From Camelus ferus (Eukaryota): a DNA stretch of 64,000 nucleotides. The stretch lies in assembly GCF_009834535.1 (NCBI RefSeq), contig NC_045696.1:23066001-23130000 (forward strand), read 5' to 3'. Positions 26,763 to 40,075 of the stretch are shown here, one piece after another. Position 1 is the stretch's first letter; the number at the start of each line of letters is the position of its first letter. The notes under the pieces were generated by a model that saw only the letters and a list, made by a program, of their open reading frames with translations, had not been told where the DNA came from and ran no database searches. The position numbers were made by a program, and so were the translations under genes.

Positions 26763-29700
26763 CATCCTATAAATATGCACGCACATGTACACACTTTTCC
26801 ACTCATAGCTGAATCATTTTGCATGCTGTCAGGGAATATATCATATAAATAGCATAAAGGCATAGAGTGCATAGAAGGGATCTACAAACTTAATTTTCAC
26901 TAACTTGCTGTATGTTTTGGTCTGGTAGCAATTTCCAATACCTTAATGGTTTTGCTGCCACCTAAGCAGAGATTGTCCCAAGTACTCATAAGTATTCATT
27001 CCCTTTAGCTAGTAAACCTAGTAATGCTGGTTCCAATCCAATTTAAAAACCATTAAAATGTAGTAACTTTTAAATCCATTATAATTTAGTCCATTTCTGT
27101 GAAATTTAGTTAGAAGAAAGCAGCTGTACATTTCATACATCTGTAAATTACTTTTAATTGCACTTTTCTCAAGTGAGAAAGGAGGAACTCTACCTGCAAT
27201 GCAACTGTTTATCTGGCTGCACAAATGCTAGTAAACACCTGCGCTTTATACATGTAATTTCATTTTCGGCTACATAATCTCATCTCACTATTAATCCAGA
27301 CTTTTATGTGATTTTGTTTCTGCAAGTTTCATCGTGAGTAGGCGTTAAGATGGTAAATGGAAATTGTAAGATATTTGATTACTCTTAAGTTAGTTATCTA
27401 AGAGGAGGGAACAGATTTCATAGGTAGACATGGCTAATTCTGAAAGTAGAAAATACACAAATACGTATTACATTCATATTTAATGATTTGGATATTGAAA
27501 GTTAACCCAAATTCCAGGTCTGAGGTAACCTAATAGCTTACATTTTATCTAAGACTAATTCATTTAAGTCAGCCCTTTGTCTTATATCAGGCATTTTGAA
27601 CTATTGATTACTAAAGTCATTACCGCTTTCTAGTAACAAATAGCAGTTTCCAAATTAAATTTCTTGACACAAAATATGTCAATAGAAAAATGTTATCCTT
27701 CTATAAATATTTTGGACTGATTATTGCTGTTTCATTTGCCAAAATTACAAATCATTCTTTGTTTCTATGTCCTTGTTGATTCATTTCCTGACAATCGAAC
27801 ATGTTTTAGAACTAACTAAATCACACTCAGATAGGGATTTTCTGTGTAGCAACCTTTTTGACTGTCAAGCTACCTGAATTTGTCTAAAACTGGCTGTTGA
27901 CAAAAAAATCTCTCTAGAGAATATTTATGAATGGGCCCTAGGAATGGACAGGAAAGAACATGTGATCAGGTTAGAATTCTACAGAACAAGCAATGGCAAT
28001 ATACATAAAATTTTCAAAAACTGCTTCACTAGCAAAAAAATTATATCTAAAAATCATTATGCCTCAAGAAGAATGTAATAGAAAAAAAGTAAAGAGTGCT
28101 TTTTTAAAGTAATTTGCAGACTACATCTCAAATAAAATTATAATAAAGTTAATCCTACAAATTGAATCTCAGAGCAACTGCTTCTACCATTGTTTAAATA
28201 TTTTGGACACAGCATATATTGATATAAACTATTTTGATCACAAAACAGTTTACTAATTCAGAATTAGAATATGCATGCTGTACAGTTTTCAGCAACTCAA
28301 GCACAACTGCCCACATTCTTCAAGAAAGTGCCTAGGTTTAAGGGAAGAATGAAAAACTAATTATCCTTGTTAAGGCTGAGTTGGCTTGGTTATTATGCTC
28401 ATTTGGCCAACTGATTGAGCCCACCTACCCAAACTGTGATTTTTTAAAAATCACTATACAGAGAAAAACACTGCCTTTGCCAAAGAAACCCCAATCACGG
28501 ACCCTCCAGTGAACAGCAAGAATGAGTGTGTTCTGCAACCCCTCCCTCTGTAAAAATTTCAGAGATTAGTGTTAAGGAGGCTCTGAAGCAAGACCAGAGG
28601 ATTTAAATATGGGAAATGATTGCATGGGCCTAAAATATCACAGATCATACAGACTGGACCGAAATCATCTCTTTGCCACCACTTTCTCAGCAGTTCTTAA
28701 GTAAAAAGTAAATGAAGGCTGCTCTCAGAGTCCACTGTGTATCTTTCCAGTTTGTTGTTTATGTACGAATAGCAAGTTGCAATTAGTTGCTATAAAAATA
28801 CACCATGCCATTAATCTTAATCTTATTTTCTATTTTAGTTTTTTAACTTAGGTCCACAGAAAGCCCATGTATTCCTCACATTTATATAAACATTCAAAAA
28901 ATACACAATCGCTCCTTTCAAAATCTTTGCAAAGAGTAAAGTAGTTGATAATCACAGGAGAGAAAAAATTTTTGAAATATTTTCAGGCATCTCCCCACAC
29001 ACATATGTTAACCTCTTAAGTTAATGGGGGGAATGAAAAGTAAGGCAGGGCTTAGTCTCATGGTAATTTTAAGGAGCACTATTATGTAACATTTCAATAA
29101 TATCAGAGCAGAGGCAATGATAAAATCAGTAAATATTAGTAATTTTTAAGCAAATGATGGCATTTCACATTTTCTATAAATTAGTAAGGCTTTAAAACCA
29201 GTAATAGTCATATTTAGAATCACTACACAAATGTGTAAATGACCACTTAAACAGAATATTCAATGCTTTAAATTATCAAAATCATCAGACTTAAGCGTGA
29301 TCGTGTATACTGATTTGTATATAGATTAGTTTTCAATAGGAAACTCAAGGTCAGTCTATCCAGAGTAGTATGAAACAAGAGTAAACTTAGAACCTGCCAC
29401 TACACTTTCCAACCTAATGCTCACAGGACAGATACTTCAGAACGTAGGCAGATACTCAGGTTGGCAGACACACCTGGACAAATGAACAAGAGAAAACTGA
29501 AAACTAAAACTAAAAACTACAGAGGTTTTTAGAAAAAATTTTGAGCACCAAAAAAGAGAGCCTTTTGCTGATCATATTGACCTTGAGAGAAGAATATACA
29601 GCTAGTAAAAATCACCATTGTTTAAATATATAGTAGGTCAGGTTGCTTGTAAAATAAACCCTACCATGTTTAAAAACTATATCAAATAGCAATATTTACT

Positions 29701-32489
29701 TTATGATAACTTAAATACTAAATCAATATTGAGTAAAAAAATGCAACAAGTGCAAATCAACCATTCTTTCATACAAAAAAGACAAAATCAGAGAACATTA
29801 TTCTTTATTCAATATTAATTGTATTTAAATAAAAGCACATTTAAAAAATCACTTGGTTATCTAATCCATAGTTAGATATTGGCTGCTTGGAACTATGACA
29901 GTTGTTCATGTCATAAAACAATGACAAAAAAAAAAACTGCAGTTAATTATATGAAAAAAGTCTTACAAATGCATTTTACAAATTGTAATTACTTTTTTAA
30001 TGTTCAAGATTTATTGTGTTAATTAAGCGACAAAATATGATTATCAGCAGTTACATGAAAAGTGTCTTTTTACTTTCAGCACACACTTTCTCTAAAACAA
30101 CAAAGGTTCGTGGCTCACGTGCTTCACCATCCACTTTTGTTATTGCAAATCCAAGATCATCCCACATATACTAATCTTTTATGGCAGAGGTCACTGAAGT
30201 TATGCCAAAATTCAATAATTATATTCTATCTAATGTAGCAACACATTTATCTCATTGCTGGAATTTACCATTTACCTTACAAAACATTTCATTTAAATGA
30301 TAAAACACTCATCAAAAATGCCCTTCTGTAACATTTCCAACATTTTAAAAGTTGTGCACAAAATCCTGCAGTTTTAAACTTTTCTTTTCATCTAGAATTA
30401 AAATTTATACTTAATTAATATCTCTTTTAATTGGGGGAAAGTATTTTATGTGCCTGTTGCATAATTGAAACAAACCAAAACACTGTCACACTTAAGTTGG
30501 TAAAGGCCCATAATCTAAATTGACAACTGCAGTTGAATTTCACTTTCGTTGAAGAGTGAAGTTGTTTCTATATTGTAAAGTGGAATAGGTTTTAATATTT
30601 CCAAAAGGATGGGAAAAATGATGAATGAAACAAATTATTCAAACTGTTCTTTGCAAATACATTTAACAAAAATATTGAAATATTTTTAAAAAGTAATTAA
30701 AAGTAATTCTGAATATTGTTTTTAAAATGCCAACTCAGTGAAGAAAATATAATCAGTGTTTTGCTTTTATAGTTCCAAGGAAAATTAGCTAATAATTTTG
30801 CTGAAAAGCCTATGCTTTGGAAATACTCAATCACAATTTGTAGCCATAGCAAAAGAAAGTAAGTTTCTTAGCTTTTTCAGCAAGGAATATAACTTAAATT
30901 TTTCTCAATTCTTGTTTCTACCTCAAGTCAAAATTATCTGCCAGGAATTTTGTACAATTAAGCTTCTTCTGACCTCAGAAACTAACATATCTGTGTACAC
31001 TAAAAGTTCTATATTCTATGGCATTTATTTCTCTATGACCTCTAATTAACCAAAAAACTAAAATCACTAATTGAAAGATTTTCAGTATATTTTAGAGAAA
31101 CATTCTGCCAATTTCAAATAAGAAAGATAATAACTAAAAAATTAAAAGATGAAAACAGAAGATAAGGTGCATAAGAGCTAAGATTACTATAAAAATAGAA
31201 TTTTTAAGCAAGAACTCTGCTGAATAAGCAAGCTATCCCCTTTTTCCTGCACCTGTTTGATGATAGTAAATGATAAAATGTTCCCTTTTAAATTCAAATC
31301 TTGAACTGTCTACCTAATATATTAACTTCTTTTTAAAGAATATTAAAGATTACATTAAAGGAGAATTCAACTGTGAACTCACATAGAAGTATAGAACTTA
31401 CCCAGATAAATTTCTATAAATAGCAGATACATATTACCCTTTCCCAATTTATAACATCTCTGTATTTTAATGTTCACTGAAATGGTAACTTCAAACACTC
31501 CATGGCTCAATGCAACTAATAGCAAGGTAAATACAGTATCATAATTCAGTCCACAGGAATACCAGGAAATATTTTATACATACATAAATTACATATATAT
31601 ATAAATTGATGAAAATCAAGGTGCATCTTTTAATGCTAAAATTTCCTAAAAGTAAATCTTCATTTTTCCCTATGACCCAAATTAGCAATATTTTACACTG
31701 CATAATAAAAAAGAGAAGATAAACCTAGCGATAAATATATGAAAAACTTACCTACTAAGACAGCTCTAAATCATGTTTCTTTAAAGAATAAATCAAGTTC
31801 TCATCAATATGTTAAAGAGAAATATGATTATTTTAAAGTGAAAAATAAAGTTTCACTCTCGACTTCTACAGACTAACATAACCAGGCAAAACAGCATTTA
31901 GGATAGTGATAACAGTATTTCTCAAAAAGAAAACAGCAACCGAGATACTACTTTTCTGCTTTTAAACACTCTGCGGTGTGTCTATTTTTAATGTCTAAGA
32001 TATTGCTGGAATGGTTATATAAAATCTGAGGCTGTTAATATCTGATTACTAAGGTATTTCACTGCAACTTGTGAATTTAATTTATGCTAGGGTGTAAAAT
32101 AACGTAATGGCTTACATGACAAAATTCAGTTGTAATAAAATCAAAATTGACAGTTTCAAAAATTAGATGGAAGTGTCTTTGAATTTCAGAGTCTCTTACA
32201 TTAAAAAAATATACTTTTTATTGCAAAACAGTAATTAAAAACAATTACTTAAAGTTATTTAGTTGTGTTTATATATCAAGCACCTTTATTAAAATATTTG
32301 GTAGGAATACTATCAAGGCATTAATAAATTTTCAAAATCATACAATAAGCGCTAATGTTTTTTAGAATCCCAAACACTGTAGTATTTAAAATATACAAAA
32401 GTGCCATTTAAAAAATGTTAAGCTTATTTGTGCGCACACTGAAACTTCTAGAAAACTTCATTACTTACTGTTCACTGAGTATTACTTAC

Positions 32490-32597
32490 AGAGATGAACA
32501 GTTTTAAGAATTCATCTGTTACTTATCCTGAAGTGTTCTGAATAACCCTTCCGTACTGTATATTTCTCAGCAAGATAATCACCCCTACTCTGGTCTG
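32490..32597 (-). other. Candidate non-coding internal exon (108 nt; NAGNAG acceptor, tandem donors)
   Basis: Minus strand reads gatttttttgtttttctcag|CAG ACC...CATCTCT|gtaagtaat. A second gtaagtaat donor lies 21 nt further on (exon end 32469). Stops occur in all three frames. Confidence 0.5.
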
Positions 32598-32861
32598 CTG
32601 AGAAAAACAAAAAAATCGATAACCCTTCTTTAAGATAGTTCTTGTTCTAACGTATTTTAGGTGGCCACAAGCAGAAATTCATAATTTTAAAAGCAACAAT
32701 ACAAGGAAAATTTTCTTAAATTGTTTCATATTTACTGTATAAAGTCATTTTGGCATGCCTACACAACTGGTTATGGCAGCTTTCAGACATGATTTCTAAT
32801 AAATGTTTTTGTTTTTTTTTTTTGCTCCAGGTTCTTTGGAGAAAGCTTGCCGCTGGGAAGT

Positions 32862-32886
32862 TGATTTTGGCCAAGTGCCAAAATCA
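32862..32886. promoter_or_regulatory. Full NFI palindrome TTGGC-N5-GCCAA within a 10-bp perfect inverted repeat
   Basis: tgattttggc caagt gccaaaatca. Confidence 0.55.
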
Positions 32887-33407
32887 TGTGCAAAGGGGCC
32901 TCATTAGGGATTCATGGCAGCCTTCAGCACTAACAAAAAATGTGACCCAACAGGCTAAATCAGCGACTAAAATTAAAAAGTAAGAGACAAAGACAACTTA
33001 CTTAATATTCCTTCCAAAGCAACATTAAACTATTTTTGGTAATTAAACCCTTGTTAGTCTAATGCAGTGTTCCTCTGTCCTCAAATGATTGTACAATTAC
33101 TCTTTAAAACTTGTCAATTTCCCTTCTAAAGACACTTTCTTTCTGTGGCAGTTTACAAAGATTTTGCTATATAATAAAACTCTATATCCACTATGATCAG
33201 CCCAGCAGCAGAGAACAAAATCGTAAAAATGCAGACTACAGTATTCCTTTAAGATTTCAACAAACAAATAAAATATAAGCAAAACAAATAGTACCTTTTA
33301 AACTTCTACAAGTGAACAGGCACACTCCAAACTCACGTCGCTTATGATGAATCATTCTCACTGCCCAACTTTCCCCCCCAAAAAGTAGATTTGATACGCA
33401 GCCTTAC

Positions 33408-34110
33408 CTAGATGTCTTCTGGCTTTTCTGCAGATCAAAAAGTTTCCTGCCTAAGCACACAGATATTCTTTCACAAACCATAAAGGCCCTTTTATGAATC
33501 CAGCACTGTAACAGGCTGCCTTCCATACCACGTTGAGAGCCCAGTGCGTCAGCTAGCAAGATAAAATACATTGCTAATACACAATTAGCGGGAGAGGTTG
33601 TCTACTGGAGAATTTATCTTAACGAAAGAAGGGAAAAGAAGCTTTTTTCTTTTTTTCTTTTCTTTTCTTTCTTTCTTTTTTTTTTTTTTTTTTTTTTTGG
33701 AAAAAGCAAAGAGGGTGCGGTCAGATGTTAGGTTTTGCCTGAGAAAGGGCCCTACACTGCACTAGTACCTAAATACTAGCAGAAGCTGCCTGGGAAGAGA
33801 GCCAATGGAAGGACTTTGTTTGACCCAGCTGCCAATCTCCCCTGAAGCTGTGCGCCAGACTAAACACTCACACTATTTTAACTCAAATCAGGCTAGAGCA
33901 GCTGTTTGCTTTCCGGCTCTGAGCTCTGCACCCACCGTGGCCCGTGCAGTTCACCCAGCGAGCTCTGCTAGCTGCCTGGCTAAAATCTGTTCTGGGCTGG
34001 GATTTGTCAGTGGAGAACAAAATTTAACCCTATTCCTCTTGGTAAATATGAACTGTTTGTTCAGCATTTGGATCTGGTAACTTGGAATCATTTTATGCCC
34101 TATTTAAAGA
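33408..34110 (-). promoter_or_regulatory. Candidate non-CpG-island promoter and first exon
   Basis: Strong donor TAG|gtaagg at 33408/33407. Local rise in GC/CpG at 33700-34010, two CCAAT motifs near 33802 and 33832, and a TATA-like tatttaaa at 34101-34108. The 5' end is uncertain. Confidence 0.45.
33643..33698 (+). repeat. T-rich (TTTC)n / poly(T) tract
   Basis: Direct reading. Confidence 0.9.
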
Positions 34111-35683
34111 AGAGTAATATTTTGTATCACGGAGGAGAAGTGAAATATGAAGGTAACAAAGATTCGTACATTTGTGTGGAATTCTAACCTAATTCTTCTG
34201 ACGTATTCAAACTAACATTAAAATAACCCTTATGTGTAGCAATAACATGGCCCCTACCATGCACCTGGAGCACCTGGAGAACTAAGATGGTACCCACTCA
34301 ACCCAAACCAAACCTCTTTGACCACACCAAGATAGAAAGCTGTATCACATGACCAGAGAGACTCATATCATTCTGAGAGTTAGTACTGACTGCCTAATGC
34401 TCTGGATGTTCCTCCAGAAGCAATCCCTAATACACAAAGAGTTTGTTTTCCTTATATGAAAAAATACCAAGTGGTCCAATTTACTTTTCCTAAATTTCTA
34501 AGCTTATTTAGCTATTAGGCTGAGTGTGAAAATAATATCCTGAGTTGTAAAAGATTAAAATTTGCCCATTCATGGTCTAAATTGCAAAGGAAACCAAAGT
34601 CAGGAGAAGCACACTTTAAGTAATAATCAAAATTATCTGATGTAGCAGGAAGAAAAGATCTGATAACTTAGAGCTATTGCACTCAAGACTGGAGCCAAAC
34701 ATTACACATGTGAGGAGAACGGATCAGGAAGTCATTCCACATGTGGAAGAGAGCGAGAAGCTGAGAGGAGTGTGATAACATGGACTATAAACAAGTTATT
34801 CTTACTCCCGACCAAAGTCCTAATTATGGACAACAATGGTGAGAGAAGACAACATCTTTTCATTTAGGGATTTTAGTTTCAGCTGTTAATTCGGGGTAGA
34901 AGGATGTCTCCTCATTTAGGGCAAGTAGCCAATAAGACATTTTTTTTTTAAATATAACTGGTTGGTTCACACTGTAGTCAGAAGCTGACCAAAAAATAAA
35001 TGTTTCTAATATACTGTAAAAGTATGTCAAGGGATTGTTTCAGAAAGTTGTTTCTTCTGCTTTCGCAAAGTTTCCTTTGTTTCTATTCCTGCACCCAAAA
35101 GTGATAGGTTTGTTTTCTTATCTTAGAAACTAGAGATCTAAGCTATAAAAATTGTAATTTTATAATACAATGTCATTTTCTCAGATAGGAAATGGTGAAG
35201 ATGGTTACAGAGAGGTTCAACTATTAGGTTTGATGGGTGCATATACACTGAAAGACCAAATTCATTAAAAATGCATGTTTACATATTATTGTATAACAGG
35301 TGACTTACTGTCTTATTCTGAAAGTAGTACACGCATAAACCAGAAAGATTCCCATTGGATCTGACTTCCTATGTAGCTGAGTACAATTGGCTGCTCAGAA
35401 TTCTCATGGAATCAAGTAAAATGCTGGGAAATGGTTTCTTTTGTGCCTCTTTCTTTCAATCCAGGAAAATATTCAACATGTTTCTCTGAATGGTCTGTCA
35501 TTACAATCTACCACGAAAATTATCCCTCACAATTACACGGTGACACGTATCCTGCAGGAGCTATAAAATAGAGGCCCCGAAGTAACATTTGTTCATTTCA
35601 GAATTACTTCTCTTACTCTGCCATTCTGCATTCCTGTCTTCTCCTTAGACACGCATGCACAAAGCAGTTAGTTCGATCATGAA

Positions 35684-36068
35684 TGTTAGGGGCTGAATTG
35701 TGTCCCGTTTCCCCAAAATTCATATGTTTAAGTCCTAATTCCCAGTATCTCAGAATGTGACAGTATTTGGAGATGTGAACTTTAAAGAGATTAATTCAGT
35801 TAAATGAGGTCATTAGAGTGGGCCGCAGTCCAATATGACTAGTGTCCTCACAAAGAGAGATTAGCACACAGAAATACACAGAGGGAAGATCATGTGAAGA
35901 CACAGGGAGAAGTCCAACTGCAGCCAAGGAAAGAGATTCAGAAGAAACCAACCCCGTGGGCACCTTGATCTCGGACTTCTAGCTGCCAGAATTGTGAGAA
36001 ATAAGTTTCTGTTTTTTTAAGCCATCCAGTCTATGGAATTTTTTATGGCAGCCTAAGAAAACCAATAC
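35684..36068 (+). mobile_element. MaLR solo LTR (MLT1A/A0-like)
   Basis: tgttagggggctgaattgtgtccc...aaaattcatatgtt...cagaattgtgagaaataagtttctg...taagccatccagtctatgg...ggcagcc. Confidence 0.9.
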
Positions 36069-37072
36069 TACGTCTAAGTAAAAACAAGTGAAAAATCACC
36101 TTGTTGTTGATTACAGTTTGTTTCTATACTCAGGTGTTCCAACAGAGCATGTAATTTATGAAGGAAGTGTACATTTTTACATTTTCCAGAAAGAGGAAAA
36201 TCTACATGTGCCAGAGTTTTATATAAAAGCCATACATATTGTTGAGAATGAAGGAAAATATAACAGTTGCTACTCTTTCATGATACTTCCCATTTTCATA
36301 TATTGAATAGGAATACCATGCTTAAGTCATTGTCTGGTACAGAACAAAATGGTATGTGCACTATTAACATGCACTGACTTTGAAAAAATTACAGAATAAA
36401 TAGGTGCTTGGCTTTTCCTTTAGGACAATAAAAAAAGAAATATAAACTTTTGATCTTGCAAGATAGTTTTGATCCATAGACAATTTACAGCTGAAGTCTG
36501 TTACTAGATAAAATTTTCGTATTAAGAGCTGGAAATGAAAAAAGGTTAGTGTTTGTAAGGGGAGAGTTCAAGTAGCTTTTACAAATGGAAGAGACCCTAA
36601 AGGAAGAAGGAAGAGAAATGTGAGTGCCTTGCAAAAAGTCTGAATACAGGTAAAGGAAGTGAGACTGAAGATAATAAAAGATAAAACAAGTCAAGGGGTT
36701 AATCAGAATATCTCCAGATGTTGGGCAGAACCTGTGAATATGATGAAGTAGTTGCTCTGTGGATTCAGTTCTCAACCTTTATGTAAGAGTCAATGAGACC
36801 TCCATGTAGAGTTAGTAGAGGGAGAAAGAAGAAGCCAATAGCAAACTAATAAACCTAACCAGCAGTGGTGAGGAAAAGATGACTGAAATGACCACTGCAA
36901 TGAGAATTGTTTCACCTACCAGCTGACATGTGGATGTGAGCATTCATTCGTCTTTTGATTCATTCATCCTTCCTGAAATTCTATTTCATGCTGACTTTGT
37001 GTGGGGCACTGGGTTAAGTGTTGTGTGGGATAAAAAACACAGCTCCTGATCTCACGTTTCAGATAGTCTAGT

Positions 37073-37126
37073 AAGCAAACTGAAAGGCAAACTTTTCTAA
37101 AGCAAACTGAAAGCCAAACGTTTCTA
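37073..37126 (+). repeat. 27-bp tandem duplication
   Basis: aagcaaactgaaaggcaaacttttcta / aagcaaactgaaagccaaacgtttcta, 25 of 27 identical. Confidence 0.9.
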
Positions 37127-38089
37127 AAGAAAACGACACTCTGTTTGTTGAGAATTTCAGAGTGCTGAGGCATTAGGTAATGAACAGCAGTTTTGGAAAT
37201 GTGATAGAATATTATGCAATAATGATAAGTATCACATATTCAAGTACTCACCATAAACAAATTATTATGAAAGACACTATTGTGAAAAGTGATATATTAC
37301 ATGTCACCCTACAGCATCATGATGTCATTGCCGTAAAGTGCCTAAAGACATCGTTATTTGTGTGAAATTATGATTGTTAGTTTCACTTTTTTTTGGTTCT
37401 ATTATTTCCCATGCCAGTTGAGACCAAAAAGAGCACATATCTCTTGAAATGCTAACATAAAAAAAAAAAGCCAAGACATAATCATTGTGCACAAAAGCTC
37501 ATTATTACTCCAAATAAATTACAAACTACATGACAGTGGCTTTCACTTTAAGCAAGATATACTAATAATAACACAGTACATTGAACACCTGTATCCTAGT
37601 GAGAATACTCATAAGATATTGAGAAAAAATTTGAAATAAATTTTAAATGTAAATTGAAAATGATTATGGAATGGAATGACTAAAGTTTTTATAAGGAAAA
37701 TGGTCTTAAATGACTAAGTAAATATTTTCCATGAAAATCACCTACAAATATTTAAAATAAAATATAATACAACATACAATTGTCAAAATAGAAAAAAAAG
37801 TATTTAAGTTTTTACCTGGGGTAACAAATGAAGATGAACACAGACACGTATCACACATACAAACAAATAAAAATATTTAAGTAATGGACAAATGATAACC
37901 TATTCTCAACGATCTTATTAAAATTTTGAAAGACTTTACATTCCCACTGTCAGTTTTGTTTTTAAACCATTCCCTGCTTCACTGCATTTTCTAGATTGAT
38001 AAATCTGCCTCTTGAGGCAATCTCTGTAGACATTTTCATATTTTATCAAGTTATTTTACAGTTTTAGAAGGATTAAGAGCAATCTAAAT

Positions 38090-40075
38090 ACACACAAGGG
38101 AAATAGATAACATGAATTTCTATCTCTGAAAACAAGCTGATTTAATAATTAATTATCCTTCCCCAAAGAAATCACCAGAACTAAATGGTTTCACAAGTGA
38201 TTTCTACCAAACATTAAAGGAAGAAATAATATCAGTTCTCTACAATATCTTCCAAAAAAATAAAAACAGAGGAATATTACCTAACTCATTCAATGACATC
38301 AGCATTATTCTAATGCCAAAACTAGATACAAGGAAAATCATATGATTATATTAATTGACACAGAAGATATTGCATTTAACAAAATCCAATACTCAGTCAT
38401 GATAAAAAATCTCAACAAACTAAGAATAGAGAGAAACTTCCCCAAATCGATGAAGAACACCTGCAAAAACCTGTAACTAACATAATCAGTAATGAGTAAC
38501 TAGATGCTTTCCCCCCAAAGCCAGGAACAAGGCAAGGATGTTCCCTGTCTCCACTCCTACTCAACTTCATACAGGAAGTCCTAGCTGGTGCCATAAAAAA
38601 AGAAATGGATAAATATCAAAAAAGAATAAAATTGTCTCTCTTCATAGAAAAGATTGTCTATATAGAAAAATTCCAAAGTTTTTTTAAAGCAACTATAGCA
38701 AGGTTTCAGGATAGAATGTTAATATACAAAAGCCAACTGCCAGTTAGCAGATGAGTAAGTTCTGGGGTTCTAATGCACAGCATTGTGATTATAGTTAATA
38801 GTACTGTATAGTATACATGAATATTGCTAAGAGAGTAGATCTTAAATGCTTTCAGCACAGAAAAATAAATGACAATTATGGGATGTGATGGAGGTGATAA
38901 CTAACACTACAGTAGTAATCAGATTGCAATATACTAGTGTATCGAATCAACACATTGTACACTTTGAATTTACAATGTTATATGTCACTTATATCTCAAT
39001 AAAGCTAGTAAAAATATATCAAAAATTTTAAAGCCAATTTGCTTTTCTCTTTGCCAGCAATAAATACTAGAATTTGAAATTTTAGAAATACCATTTATAA
39101 TAATATCAAAAATTAAGCACTAAGGTATAAACCTAAAATATATGTACAATATGTATATGTGGAAAATTACAAACTGCTGATGAAAAAAAACCAATCTAAA
39201 TATACGTGTTTTCGCTCTGTGAGCCAAGAGGGCCCAGGATTCAATGACTCCAGTACAAATGAACACATCTCTCACTCAGATCTTGGTTTCTAATATCATT
39301 CTGCAATAAAAGGAACTAGGTCTCCTTGGAGAAATGTCTGATTCTAAGACTTGGAAGGAAATATGCACTTTAATAGGCCTGAAGCATCTTATACTGTCAA
39401 AAAGTAAGTTAAGTGCCAAAAAATAAAAATAAAAAATAAACAATGATGGAGATATATCAAGGAGATACAGGAGCCAACTGAAAGAAGTCCCAATGGTCAA
39501 AGCTGGAACAACTTGAGCAACAAAGTAAGTAAAGTACTTTGGATTGTAACTCAAAGTACGTAAGTTATTTTGTTAAGTTATTTTGAGAGCATTTAACTTT
39601 GATATTATGTGATGAAAATGGTGATTTACCCTTGTGGTCTTCCTCCCCAAAATGTATTACTCCAGTCTCAGCATAAGAAAAACATCAGACAAATTCCAAT
39701 TGAGAGATTTTCTGCAGAACAACTGACCAGTAAATCTCAAAATTATCAAAGTCATTAGAAACAAGGAAAGTCTGAGGAAGTGTCACAAACAAGAAGTACC
39801 TAAGGAGACATGACTACTAATGTAATGTGGTATCCTGGGTGTGATCCCAGAACAACAATCAAAAGAAGGTGGGGCATAATGGAAAACTTAAGGAAATCTG
39901 AATAAAGTATGGACTTTAGTTTGTAATAATGTGTCCATTATGTTTGACCAATTGTGACAAGTATATCATACTAATGTAACAAGAAATTGGGTGTGAGATA
40001 TACAGGAAACATTTGTACCATCTTTGCAATAATTTTCTAGATATAAAATTGTTCTAAAATTAAAAGTTTATTAAA
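38090..40075 (+). mobile_element. Old LINE-1 (L1MC/L1MD-like), RT-region remnants plus 3' UTR
   Basis: gatttctaccaaacattaaaggaagaaataat, ggaacaaggcaaggatgttccctgtctccactcctactcaac. The 3' UTR shares motifs with 11080-12140 (cagatcttggtttct). Confidence 0.85.
38741..39029 (+). mobile_element. L1 3' end (L1MA9-like) nested in the older L1, with TSD
   Basis: taagttctggggttctaatgcacagcat...gctaagagagtagatcttaaatg...tatctcaataaagct. TSD aaagccaactgc (38729-38740) / aaagccaatttgc (39030-39042). Confidence 0.85.

Noticed and set aside
28436..28454. Near-palindrome gtgattttttaaaaatcac
   Set aside because: Mostly A/T homopolymer arms, chance level.
31402..31413. 12-nt minus-strand microexon (tatttatag|AAATTTATCTGG|gtaagt) overlapping a MEF2-like ctataaatag
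   Set aside because: The polypyrimidine tract is weak, and such motifs are expected by chance in AT-rich DNA.
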